From Eukaryota sp. GEM-RC1 (taxonomy: Eukaryota), in contig JAUFOQ010000004.1 in assembly GCA_040285855.1 (NCBI GenBank), positions 2,728,001 through 2,792,000 of the forward strand: 64,000 nt of DNA, in the 5' to 3' direction. Below, in pieces: positions 12,945 to 24,462 of the stretch. The notes below the pieces were generated by a model. That model searched no databases, had not been told where the DNA came from, and worked only from the letters and a program-made list of their open reading frames with translations. Each line of letters opens with the position of its first letter. Position 1 is the first letter of the stretch. The translations under genes were made by a program, and so were the position numbers.

Positions 12945-14348
12945 ATTTTATCATACTTGGTGGATCTTCTGTTACTATGTACTAGAATTCACAGTAATCT
13001 AATCAAACAACAACCCCACCTTCAATTTGTTTGTAGTTGATGACACTATAGAAACCATCATATATGTGTGACATTTGTTCATCATGCACCAACTCTTAGT
13101 AAGAACAGAACTCACTGAATTCAAGACACACTTACAGAGGACAATGAATGAAAGTTGCTTATTTAATGAACGGTTCACATAAACTTGATTTCTTTGATTA
13201 TATAATACTTTAGCATAAGATAGAGTAAAGAGGCAGTTTCAGAAGAGTTTCAAAGGGTGAAAGTGTAATATAATCTTAATGAGGGATATATCAGGATATA
13301 TGTATATATTTGTTCAAACGACAAAAATGCGTATCAAATATTTAATGTATGAGATTTTGTCAAGAAAAGAGTCTACATATTTGCAACAATAAATTAATAC
13401 ACACCAATTCAAAAAAAGCGGATTTATGTGTGGAGAAAAACACCCAACAAAAAACAACAACAAATAGATAAAGACTATTAAAACAAATAATCAAACGAAC
13501 TACAGTCTACCCTCCCATTAGTACAAGCTTATGGACAGACCTTAATGGGAGTTTTACCTTAATGAGAGGTTTTGATTGTACAGACATGAACAGCAGACGA
13601 CAGCTTTTTATGACAAATAAACCAACAAACTATGACTCTTGTGCACCATTTGGTGATGAATTGAAGATGGCACGGACGTACCACCACGGGTAATCGTCGT
13701 CCAAATTTAAGTGGTGGGATTAAGGAAAAATATTGCTGAACAAATCAGCAAATAGCAATAATCTCTCAGATATCTGCTAAATGGATGGATGAGAGAAGGA
13801 GAGAACTAGTGCTAACAGAGAGGGCGATATAAGAGCGAGAAAGGTCAAGGACGGACCTGAAAGCACCAATATAGGAAAGGAGGAAGGCTACAACTTCAAA
13901 TCCAGCAAATACAGGCATCAGCAGGGGAGATGTTCACAAGAAGGTCTTCCATTTCAAGACCATCAACAAGGGACAACTTTAGAACACTGTCAAGGAGCTC
14001 TTCTTCTTCTTCATGGATCAGTACGGGCTCTTCTTCGTCGAGGCATTCGTCATGAACAAAGACCAGAGAACTAATGGGATGATGTCCTATGGATCTGGTA
14101 TTCACAACAAATCACCGAAGTAACTGATCCAGAGGCTTGTAACTGTTTAACTGGTTGAAAATGTCATGAAAAGAAGGTACGTAATGATGTGATACGAAAA
14201 ATAGAAGAGCGAAAAAGTTTGTGTTAAGAACTGTAGTGCAATGGCAAGGGCACGGGAATCGAAAAGGACACGACAAAAAGTGGGCACTGAAAATTTTACC
14301 TTAATGGGAGGGAAACCTTAATGGGAGGGTAGACTGTACTAGTATTCT
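12945..14348. repeat. ~1.4-kb direct repeat, second copy at ~23057-24486
   Basis: ATTTTATCATACTTGGTGGATC ... GTACTAGTATTCTCTAAAACATGT occurs twice, near-identical. Confidence 0.9.
13503..14336. mobile_element. Non-autonomous Tc1/mariner/pogo-type TIR element (MITE-like)
   Basis: Perfect 18-bp TIR CAGTCTACCCTCCCATTA / TAATGGGAGGGTAGACTG, TA on both sides, subterminal CCTTAATGGGAG repeats, no transposase. Confidence 0.88.
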
Positions 14349-14567
14349 CTAAAACATGTCAAACATGTTGAATACGAATTATGGCTTTCTGGCGTTTCAA
14401 TTTTTGGCCGTTTAGGAAAAAGTGCATTGATTTTTTTACGCAATTTCGGAAAAATCGCAAAAAAATGTTAGCCAAAGGTAATTGTATAGTATCAAGTAGG
14501 ATTATTTCACTTTATAAACACCTTTATCTTACCTCTTTCACCAACAGGTATCAATAATTATTGTCTT

Positions 14568-16341
14568 GTGGTGAAAAGACGACAACACATTAATTCTAGG
14601 CCTCAAGTTGAGGAAGTCAGCTCATCGGAATATGCTTCTGATAGCTCTTCATCGTCTTCTTCGTCATCCGGCGTAAGCCCTGATCCGTCAGGCAACCGAA
14701 GTCCCCCATCCAATACGGAGGCGGAAGTCCTTCTCTCCCATCTTCGGAAGGCAGAGATAGGACTGGTGTAAGACCCCCATCCTTTACGGAAGGCGGCAAC
14801 CCGGAAGACCTAAGACCCCCATCCAATACGGAAGGCGGCAGTCAAGGAGGTTCTACTTCTTCAGCCTTTGACATTGAGTCTTTGCTGAACAAGTTTAGAC
14901 CTCCTGGAGGTTACCAGCAACGTTACGCTGCCACTTTCTCAGCCGTAACTGACCAAGAAATGGTTTCCTCCACTCCTCAGGTATCCTCACAAGGTACTCC
15001 TCTTAGTACCTCTTTTCAAAATAGTGTAGTTTTAGATAATAAAGATAATGTATCGGACAGTATTCCAGCTTCTCCTGCGAGATCAGCTGAAGTAGCAAAG
15101 GCAATTCGTCTGCTAGAAGAATCCTTAGCTAAGAGTAAGACCATGAGTGCAGAAGTTAGCAACAAACTTCTTGCTGAACAGGAACATAACCTTCAACGAA
15201 TGCAAATGTCTGCTGAAGACCGTGCTCGTGAAGTGCAAAGACAAGTCGGGAGTGTTGGTATGGGTTTCCACCCTGATGACATCCCTGATAGTCGAATTCC
15301 TTGGGTAAGTCCACATGATCAGACCGTTTCAATCTCTGACTCTGATATGTGGCACCTAGCAAAGTTCAGTCCATGGCACCCAGTACTCAGGAACCGTATG
15401 CCAGAAGGTAGGCATTATCTTCTGCGCAACGTTCCACCTGGTACCCTCACCTGAAGTTATTGAACAATTTCTAGGAAGTTGGTACAACAGGGAGTCTGAA
15501 GACACTTACAGATACCCAGCTGTCAGCTCTTGGGATCCTCGTCATGGGATCATCATTGAACCTCTTGAGCCAAAGTATGACGCTGATGGTATGTCTGTGG
15601 TGTACGAGTACACTGCGTGGTATGAGCACTGTTTGAATAACCAGTCGCAGATTTATCACAACGTGGCCATAAGTACTGAGTGGTTGTCCCCCAATCACAA
15701 TTACAGTCACTTACCGGTTTCGACGTTCCAAAACGGAAACTCGACTACTCGTGTCCCGAATGTGGAGTCCACTCGAATCATACCTTTTCAAGGTATTGGT
15801 GGCTCTCAGAGAGTTCTTCCACTTGCAGCTGGTGCTCAAGTGAGAATGCAACTGACACTCCAAAACAAGACGAGCTAAGCCGAACTCAACGACTTACTCC
15901 CTTTGCTCCAGGTGAAATCGAACATCCTGAAGTTGTTGACAGGTTCTCAATTGATTCGTTCGGTTTCAGATCTCGTAATGATCAATCGACCCCTAAATTC
16001 GACCAAGAGAAAGCGTGTCCCGTTATGTTGCCCGAATGGAACATGAAAATGTTTATCGCAAACCAGAATTCTTCGCTGATGGACACAACAATACTGAATC
16101 GTCGGTAATCTCTAAAGAAGAACTTCTACGCCCTCGAAAGGAAGGCACCGAAAGACTGATTGCCGACGAGAAACGTCAGCGAGAAAGAGAAGCTCAATCG
16201 GTTGTGATTGATGATTTACCTCTCCCAATCGAAAATCATTTAAATCAAAGTTCTTCGTCTGAAGATGAACTCCCTGATAATGTTCTCCATGATTCCGCCA
16301 TCCTTGCATCTGGTGTTACTCCCAAAGCAAAAAAACCATAA
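14568..16341 (+). pseudogene. Fragmented gag-like / ORF1 region of the LTR element
   Basis: Chain of Ser-rich + strand ORFs after the 5' LTR. Three CCCCATCC...TACGGA(A)GGCGG repeats at ~14703-14840 and a CPEC...CSWC putative Zn motif. Confidence 0.5.
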
Positions 16342-16392
16342 AAGAAAGATTCGAAACATCGCCCTTTTCTGAAGAACAACACCCGTGCTGAG

Positions 16393-18897
16393 GTGGTCAA
16401 ATTCCTACATGATTTCAGCCACTGGGCTGTCCATACAAGGAAACAACCAGCTTACAGAGGCTTCGACATGTGGCTTGGCAAACCCAAGAACAGGTTTGAT
16501 TTCGCCAGAACAGCCCTTTGTGAAGTGGACCCAGAAGGAGTAAGTGGTTTCATTGACCAAACAACCCTGTCCACTTGGAAAATGATGGATGCTATTGGTA
16601 ACGACACTGATACTGTTTCCCTAGAACAATCCATCTGGAGACTGCTAGTCGACAAAAGCCAATTCTCTTCAACAACCGCAGCATCGAGTGCTCTGAAATC
16701 CATCCGTCTAGGAAATGCTAAAGACCCTCTTGAATGCATCGAGAACTATCTCTGCAACATAATCCGGTCTCTAAAGTGCTCGATGGCAATTCCCACCATC
16801 TCGAGCGATCCACCTGATAGGGATCACCTCCATGCGTCAATAGTCGCCGACGTCATCTTGGCCAATCTCAACCCTAAACAGGACATTGTTGCTCTGAATG
16901 AGTTACATATCCGTTGGGATCAAACACTGAAGTCAGATGATAGCTTCCTTCCCCGATTTTTCAACAGTGTGTCTATACCTGGAATGTCTATTAGCTTTAA
17001 ACGAGCATGTTGTGGATTGAAAAACGTACCAGCAATCTTTCAAAACATCATGATGGAAATTTTCAATGTCGAAGGTGTTTTCATTTATATTGATGATATA
17101 ATTGTTGTAGGAAATACCTTTGAAGAGTTTATTTCGAGAATAAATCTAGTACTGGAACGAGCAGAACGTTTTAGAGTACGGATTGGATTGAAGAAGTGTA
17201 GGTTCACCACTTCTAGACATCCTAATAAGATTCTGGGCAGCAACTTTGGTAATAAAACCCGTTGCATAGATGATAAAAGAGTTTCGGCGTTGATTGAGTT
17301 ACCTGCTCCTTCAACTTTACCTGAAGTTAGAAGTTTACTTGGTGCTTTAAATTATGTTCGTGAATGGATTCCAAATTACTGGAACTTGACTACATCAATC
17401 AATGAACTGACTCGTGGTAAACCCAAGAAAATTGCTTGGACAAAAGACCATGATGCTTTATTAGACAAAATTAAAACCGAAATAATAAACCATATGGCTT
17501 TAGACTTACCTGATACTGATAAGAACATTATCATATCCACAGATGCATCCGACATTGCTGTTGGTGGTGTGATCTGGCGGGAAGAAAATCCTCCAGCTCC
17601 TCCAGGAACTCCGTTAGAAGAACGTCGAGTTAGACCTGTATCGTTTTATAGCCGTTTACTCAATGATAGTCAACAGAATTGGGCAGCTATCCAGAAAGAG
17701 CTGTATGCCATTCTCTTGATTCTGACCGAATCTAGTTTAGAAGGTTTCCTATTAAGTAGGCATTTGACGATCTTTACAGAACATAGGAACCTTGCTTATC
17801 TGATTTCAGCTCTAGAGAAGAATCGTATTGTCAAACGATGGATTCCAATATTCTCGGAGTTTGATTTCGAGATAGAGCATGTAGCTGGTACAAACAATCA
17901 ATGGGCTGACATGTTATCACGTGTCATTGACCGTCGCCCAGTTGAAACAATCAAATCTCTGTTGATCTCAAATCATACCATCAGAAATAATATAAGTCTT
18001 TCTCACCAAGGGTTAATCTATGATGAAGCTGATTACGTTGAGATGCTTCCTTGTAACACCAACATACTAGCTATCAAGAGTCTACAAGACCTCTCAACAT
18101 ACAATAAATTGCCTTTATGTGATTCTTGGTTATCAACCATTCGAGCTGAACAACATAAAGCTATTAATGAAGGAGATCAACTGTTTCAAGATTCAACACT
18201 GTGTACTATGAGCAATGTATACATCAACTCTAAGAACAAGATTTTGATTCCATCTAGTTTGAGGCCGAAAGTTCTTTACATGCTACATGGATTAGTCCAG
18301 TCAGGACATCCAAACAAGAAACGAAGTTTGGAAATATTGTTCAATAGTGGTTACTTTTGGCCAAGTATGAAAGCTGATATGGTAAAACATGTTAAGCAAT
18401 GCCCTGCGTGTCAGAAAACGGCACCTGTCCCTAAAAAGATAATTGAATCGACGGGTTCTCTATGGGCTGATAGACCTTTTGCTAGACTTAATGTCGACAC
18501 AATTGGTCCACTTCCAAAAGATCAAAATGGAAACCAATTCCTATTGGTGTTTGTAGATTCTTTCACCAGATATACCACTTTGAGCCCCCTCGAAGAACTT
18601 AACAGTAGAGAAGTAGCATATCGTCTTGTGTGGGATGTGATTGCTATCTTTGGAATACCGTTTTGTATCCATAGTGATAATGGTACCGAGTTTGCCAATG
18701 CCATTTTCGAGGCAATATGTAACCTACTGGCGATTGAAGTAAGTCGTTCGATTCCTCATTTCTCCCAGAGTAATGGACTGGTGGAACGACGTCACAAGAC
18801 GTTCTGCAAAGCCTACGTCGTCTTCTTGTGGACTTCAATGATTATGACAATTGTTCAACGTACATTCCAACTGTACAATTGCAAATCAACGCAATGA
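16393..18897 (+). CDS. Gag C-terminus fused to a truncated Pol (partial RT, RNase H, integrase)
   Basis: GLKNVPAIFQ, YIDD, RNase H TDAS and N-x-ADMLSR, integrase H...GH...CPAC, DTIGP, HSDNGTEF, SNGLVER. No protease or RT N-terminal motifs visible. Confidence 0.9.
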   Translation: MVKFLHDFSHWAVHTRKQPAYRGFDMWLGKPKNRFDFARTALCEVDPEGVSGFIDQTTLSTWKMMDAIGNDTDTVSLEQSIWRLLVDKSQFSSTTAASSALKSIRLGNAKDPLECIENYLCNIIRSLKCSMAIPTISSDPPDRDHLHASIVADVILANLNPKQDIVALNELHIRWDQTLKSDDSFLPRFFNSVSIPGMSISFKRACCGLKNVPAIFQNIMMEIFNVEGVFIYIDDIIVVGNTFEEFISRINLVLERAERFRVRIGLKKCRFTTSRHPNKILGSNFGNKTRCIDDKRVSALIELPAPSTLPEVRSLLGALNYVREWIPNYWNLTTSINELTRGKPKKIAWTKDHDALLDKIKTEIINHMALDLPDTDKNIIISTDASDIAVGGVIWREENPPAPPGTPLEERRVRPVSFYSRLLNDSQQNWAAIQKELYAILLILTESSLEGFLLSRHLTIFTEHRNLAYLISALEKNRIVKRWIPIFSEFDFEIEHVAGTNNQWADMLSRVIDRRPVETIKSLLISNHTIRNNISLSHQGLIYDEADYVEMLPCNTNILAIKSLQDLSTYNKLPLCDSWLSTIRAEQHKAINEGDQLFQDSTLCTMSNVYINSKNKILIPSSLRPKVLYMLHGLVQSGHPNKKRSLEILFNSGYFWPSMKADMVKHVKQCPACQKTAPVPKKIIESTGSLWADRPFARLNVDTIGPLPKDQNGNQFLLVFVDSFTRYTTLSPLEELNSREVAYRLVWDVIAIFGIPFCIHSDNGTEFANAIFEAICNLLAIEVSRSIPHFSQSNGLVERRHKTFCKAYVVFLWTSMIMTIVQRTFQLYNCKSTQ

Positions 18898-19556
18898 ATA
18901 GTTCTGTGACTGGGCACTCACCTTATGAATTGATGTTTGGTAGTGACATAAGTCCTGGTGCAGATCCTAGTAATTTACTAGCTGCTGTTGAGAAATCGAC
19001 AAAGAATGTTTCGTTTATTAACGACATTAAAATGAAACTGGATCGTCTTACTAAAAAGAGAGAAGAGGCAGAGGTTCGTCAATCGAGACTCAAGCCAAAG
19101 AAGAAGTCTGGCCTCAGTCAATCATTCAATGTTGGAGACCTTGTTTTAAAAGCATCCAAAACTAGTAAGCTTCATGGTAATTACACTGGACCTTATTTAG
19201 TTGTCTCAATTGATTCGAAATCGTCAGTTTCCTTAAAGAATCTGATCACTGAATATGTTAGTAAGACTAGCATTCATCAATGTAAGATCTTTCAATCAGA
19301 TCTACCTGCTGATCATGATCTCCACAGAGCAATTGCTTCTGGGGATTCTGATGAACACATCGTGGTTAAGATCCTAGATAGGTTCAATACACCCGATGGT
19401 GAACATTGTACTGTACTTTGGTTTGGTGGTGATACTTCATCAGTTCCCACCAAGGACATCAAGAACACCAAGGCGTATAGTGAATTTCTAAAATTAGAAA
19501 ATGTAGATTTATTTTGTAATAGTAGAAACGTAGCTAAGAGTAAACCCATAGCTTAA
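18828..19556 (+). CDS. Integrase C-terminus (GPY motif) plus chromodomain-like module, frameshifted from Pol
   Basis: TGHSPYELMFG, YTGPYLV, then HIVVKILD...CTVLWFG, which resembles a chromodomain. Confidence 0.75.
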   Translation: MDFNDYDNCSTYIPTVQLQINAMNSSVTGHSPYELMFGSDISPGADPSNLLAAVEKSTKNVSFINDIKMKLDRLTKKREEAEVRQSRLKPKKKSGLSQSFNVGDLVLKASKTSKLHGNYTGPYLVVSIDSKSSVSLKNLITEYVSKTSIHQCKIFQSDLPADHDLHRAIASGDSDEHIVVKILDRFNTPDGEHCTVLWFGGDTSSVPTKDIKNTKAYSEFLKLENVDLFCNSRNVAKSKPIA

Positions 19557-19819
19557 ACGTACCTCAAGTAGTATGAGTATTCCAAAGTCATCGTCTGTAG
19601 TTAAGACGCCTGTAGCTAAGAGGACAAGGAGCTCAAGAAGAGAGAAGAGGTAATGTTAGCCACAGGTGTTAGTGAAGTGTTACTAGTACGTATAATTTGA
19701 TTTATAAACATCTTTTCCCTACCCTTTGTAGCCAAACGGTATCAATAATTATTGTCCAAGATGGTGAAAAAAAGACTACTAACCCCCCAAAAGCGGGAAA
19801 CAAAACTAATCGTAGAAAC

Positions 19820-22347
19820 AAAACATAGAAATTACATCACTTCATAAACAGTCTAAACTAATAACATTTCCATAGTTTTACCTTTTGATCGTATGGTTCC
19901 AACAATTCAACTAACTTGTTTTATCATGACTCGTATTGGTTCAATCTTTGGATACACGCACTTCAATAGAGTCACCTCATAAACACCACTCAAGTTGTTC
20001 AAACGTTGGTTACTCTCGATCATGATCAATTCCTTGTGTGGAACTCTACTACTGGAAACTTGTTCCCAAATGAATTGATGTAAGCCATTGTGGAACACAT
20101 TTAAGCCATCTATGAAATGCGTTCATATTTGTATTGCTCGTTTCTGGTTTTGAAGTACTCACAGGTGTTTCTTATCAAAACATTGGTCTAAACGTAACAG
20201 TTGACATCATAGTTGCAAATCAAATATTTTTAACTTTGTAACTTTGTGAGTCGCACCAATCACATCAAATATTTATGATTTGTAACTATGGTAGATAATG
20301 ATTTATCTACTGTAGATTCTATAATTTTTAAGCATGTTAGTAAATACCTGAACCGTTTAAAAACTCCGTTTTATAACTGTGATAAATCTATTAATTCAAT
20401 TACATGTAGTAATAATAGCATCATCAAATTAAGTCTCGTCATAAAAATGCATCTGTTCTGAATTTTGTAGAAAATGAAAAACAAATTTTGTGTTTGTAGA
20501 ACAGAATCATTGAGATACAAACAAAAACTAGAACTCAAGAGCATTAACTAACAATCATTGAAATTTAAACTCACAGAAGCTGTTTCTTCATAGAAAGTAC
20601 TGAGAGTCAACTGAGCTTTCGAGATCATGTGCAGGAATTGTTTTAACTGTGAAAACAATTCAATTCATCCAAAACTCATAATCAAATTGTTTGTTCATTC
20701 TTTGTTTAACAACGATCTCTAAATCAGATAGAAAACAAACAACATCCTTATCAAGTCGTCCTTAAATTGAAATCGATTAGTTTCTTGGAATTAGTATTGA
20801 TATTAATTTTAAATTATTTTGATTATTTCAACTACATTGAAATCATATTTGGACAGACCTATATGAAATTCATTCAAAACACAAATATCAAACAGACTTA
20901 TACCCTTGCAACAGCAACAATCCCATTGTCTCTGCTTTAGCGGAAGTAAACATACACTATAACAAAACCATTTTCAACGAGTAAAAGATTATTATTATTT
21001 ATTGTATTTGAAAATTTTGGTTGAATCGTATTGTATTTACAATATTAAAAACCATTCCTATCATGATTTCAAAAGCTCTATTAGATCTCAGTGTTTTCTA
21101 TGAAGAAAAAGCTGATGTGAGTTTTAATGGCAATGATTGTTGCTTTAATAATATTGAGTTCTAGTATTTGTGTTTATTTTAGTGTTTTTGTTCCATAAAC
21201 CGCCAATTTTTGTCAAAAAAAAGTAAAAGTTATAACATTAATACCTTCTACATAAGATAATGTTCAAAGAGTGTTTCTACTAACACTAAACAGTTTTACA
21301 CAGGGGGAAGGTTTAGGCAATAACAGGTCTGTGATGGCCTTAGATGTTCTGGGCCGCACGCGCGCTACAATGGCAGATTCAACGAGTTTGTCGTTAACTG
21401 AAAAGTTTGGGTAATCTTGAGAATGTTTGTCTTGACTGGGATATACCCTTGCAATTATGTGTCTTGAACGAGTAATATTTGTGTTTATCTTAGAGTTTTT
21501 GTTCCATAAAATCAGGTTTAGTTAAAAAATAACACTAAAAAGACAACTTTTCTTATCAGTATTGTTGTAAAAGGTGTAAACTAAAAAAGTATTGTTGACG
21601 TAATAGAACATCTGATACTTAACGCAGATTCAGAAATTCTATTGTATATATATTTGATTGTATTATATATCTTTAAACAATCAAATTAAGTGCAGCAAAA
21701 CAGATGACGTCAACATCACAAGATGCAAGAATAAGTTTTGTATGGAAAGTTAACAGAAGTCAAATAAAAGAGACCTATTTAGGTTGGGAACCATTGTGAA
21801 ATTACTTCACAAATGATTCCTTTAAACTGTCGTTTGCACAATCTCTAAACATCAATTTTCTAAGTTTATTTCATTCATTTTTGGGTAAACTACAGACGTT
21901 TACGTCAATAGTGTTATCGGCCAGTAGATCACAGTTTATAATAAATTTGAAAACCTTAATCAAAAGAACTTTGAAAACTGTAGAACCTGGCTCACTTTAA
22001 AAACTTATATTATTGTGAATAGGAAAACAGTTAGCAGAAATCTTCGAACCAGTGTTAGAAATGCGCCAAATACGTACCGTTTGACGTCTTGATTGACTTT
22101 CTATTTTTTCATGTATTTTCATGTGCTTCTGTATAAGTCTCAAAATACAATAACAATGATGCTGAACTTAAGACAGAAACAGTTTATTGATGGAGGGTTC
22201 AAAAATACATATCATAATAAAAGCTATGAAACACTAGACACAGACGATTCCTGGTTAACAGTACCACAGTTTTTATACAATTTTGTGAAAATTCATTTAA
22301 ATTTAAAAAACTTATGCATCGAACGGAAGAAACAAAAAATCAAACGG
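19820..22347. repeat. Third, more diverged partial copy of the duplicated non-coding unit
   Basis: Matches 6355-~8885 (CAAAACATAGAAATTACATC ... AATCAAACGG), with more substitutions than between copies 1 and 2. Truncated by a hAT remnant. Confidence 0.92.
21306..21476 (+). pseudogene. 18S rRNA fragment, copy 3
   Basis: Same fragment. Keeps canonical AACAGGTCTG but has GATGGCC for GATGCCC and GAGTAAT for GAGGAAT. Confidence 0.92.
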
Positions 22348-22982
22348 TGTCCCAAAATCAGTTTCCAGCGGCCCGTAATTGACGCAGGACAAGCTAGACG
22401 TTCATCAAATCTGCAATCATAACTAAACAGTCTTCAGCAGGAAGAAAGTGCTCATTCCGACTACATAAGCTTACGATTCATTCCTGCTACATCGAATGAA
22501 GCAGAACGGCTGTTTTCACAGGCTAAGAGAGCGATTGGTTCTCAGCGTCGCCGTTTGAAATGGAGTTCACTAGAACAACAATTGTTCCTCTCATATAACA
22601 GAAAGTATTGGGACATGTATTTAGATCGAAAAGATACTGCAGCGGTTCCCAAATGACGACGATGAGAATGACGAATCTGACATCAGTGAATTGGACATCG
22701 ATGATATTTAGAAGATAAGAGGAGTGTATTGTTGAAATAAATATGATATTGAACATTAAGAAATTATTACTACAAACAAACTAGAACGAACATTATCATA
22801 TCAATTTTTGTTGTTGTCAATCCAAAAATAAATTTACGGTGAAATACGGTTCCGTATTGCAATTATTTACGGAAAGTAATAATGTTGCCGTAAAATGCAT
22901 CGTTCCGTAAAATACGGAAATGTTTTTACGGAGTTGTCTGAAAAGTTACCGTATTTACGGTTTTATATTTTGACGATCACTG
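22348..22982 (+). mobile_element. 3' remnant of a hAT transposon
   Basis: Reads LRFIPATSNEAERLFSQAKRAIGSQRRRL..SLEQQLFL (hAT C-terminal domain). TACGG/CCGTA subterminal repeats, ends TTTTGACGATCACTG. Confidence 0.75.
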
Positions 22983-23625
22983 ATTTCGACCCCCCACAAG
23001 CATCACAAAAATCACTCACAAATATCACATCACAAAAAGTGTGATACCCAAGTATGATTTTATCATACTTGGTGGATCTTCTGTTACTATGTACTAGAAT
23101 TCACAGTAATCTAATCAAACAACAACCCCACCTTCAATTTGTTTGTAGATGATGACACTATAGAAACCATCAGAATAGATTCATATATGTGTGATATCTG
23201 TTCATCATGCACCAACTCTTAGTAAGAACAGAACTCACTGAATTCAAGACACACTTACAGAGGACAATGAATGAAAGTTGCTTATTTAATGAACGGTTCA
23301 CCTAAACTTGATTTCTTTGATTATATAATACTTTAGCATAAGATAGAGTAAAGAGGCAGTTTCAGAAGAGTTTCAAAGGGTGAAAGTGTAATATAATCTG
23401 AATGAGGGATATATCAGGATATATGTATATATTTGTTCAAACGACAAAAATGCGTATCAAATATTTAATGTATGAGATTTTGTCAAGAAAAGAGTCTACA
23501 TATTTGCAACAATAAATTAATACACACCAATTCAAAAAAAGCGGATTTATGTGTGGAGAAAAACACCCAACAAAAAACAACAACAAATAGATAAAGACTA
23601 TTAAAACAAATAATCAAACGAACTA

Positions 23626-24462
23626 CAGTCTACCCTCCCATTAGTACAAGCTTATGGACAGACCTTAATGGGAGTTTTACCTTAATGAGAGGTTTTGATT
23701 GTACAGACATGAACAGCAGACGACAGCTTTTTATGACAAATAAACCAACAAACTATGACTCTTGTGCACCATTCGGTGATGAATTGAAGATGGCACGGAT
23801 GTACCACCACGGGTAATCGTCGTCCAAATTTACGTGGTGGGATTAAGGAAAAATATTGCTGAACAAATCAGCAAATAGCAATAATCTCTCAGATATCTGC
23901 TAAATGGATGGATGAGAGAAGGAGAAAACTAGTGCTAACAGAGAGAGCGATATAAGAGCGAGAAAGGTCAAGGACGGACCTGAAAGCACCAATATAGGAA
24001 AGGAGGAAGGCTACAACTTCAAATCCAGCAAATACAGGCATCAGCAGGGGAGATGTTCACAAGAAGGTCTTCCATCTCAAGACCATCAACAAGGGACAAC
24101 TTTAGAACACTGTCAATCAGCTCTCCTTCTTCTTCTTCATGGATCAGTACGGGCTCTTCTTTGTCGAGGCATTCGTCATGAACAAAGACCAGAGAACTAA
24201 TGGGATGATTTCCTATGGATCTGGTATTCACAACAAATCACCGAAGTAACTGATCCAGAGGCTTGTAACTGTTTAACTGGTTGAAAGTGTCATGAAAAGA
24301 AGGTATGTAATGATGTGATACGAAAAATAGAAGAGCGAAAAAGTTTATGTTAAGAACTGTATTGCAATGGCAAGGGCACGGGAATCGAAAAGGGCACGAT
24401 AAAAAGTGGGCACTGAAAATTTTACCTTGATGGGAGGGAAACCTTAATGGGAGGGTAGACTG
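23626..24462. mobile_element. Second copy of the TA-flanked MITE, duplicated together with its flanks
   Basis: Same TIRs, TA flanks and flanking DNA as 13503-14336. Confidence 0.88.

Larger units (their letters stand above)
14466..19744 (+). mobile_element. Ty3/Gypsy (chromovirus-like) LTR retrotransposon, internally deleted and frameshifted
   Basis: TGTTAGCC...GGTATCA termini at 14466-14553 and 19654-19744. Polypurine tract AAGAAGAGAGAAGAGG precedes the 3' LTR. RT-RH-IN domain order. A paralogous empty site at ~24702-24820 supports the left boundary. Confidence 0.9.
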
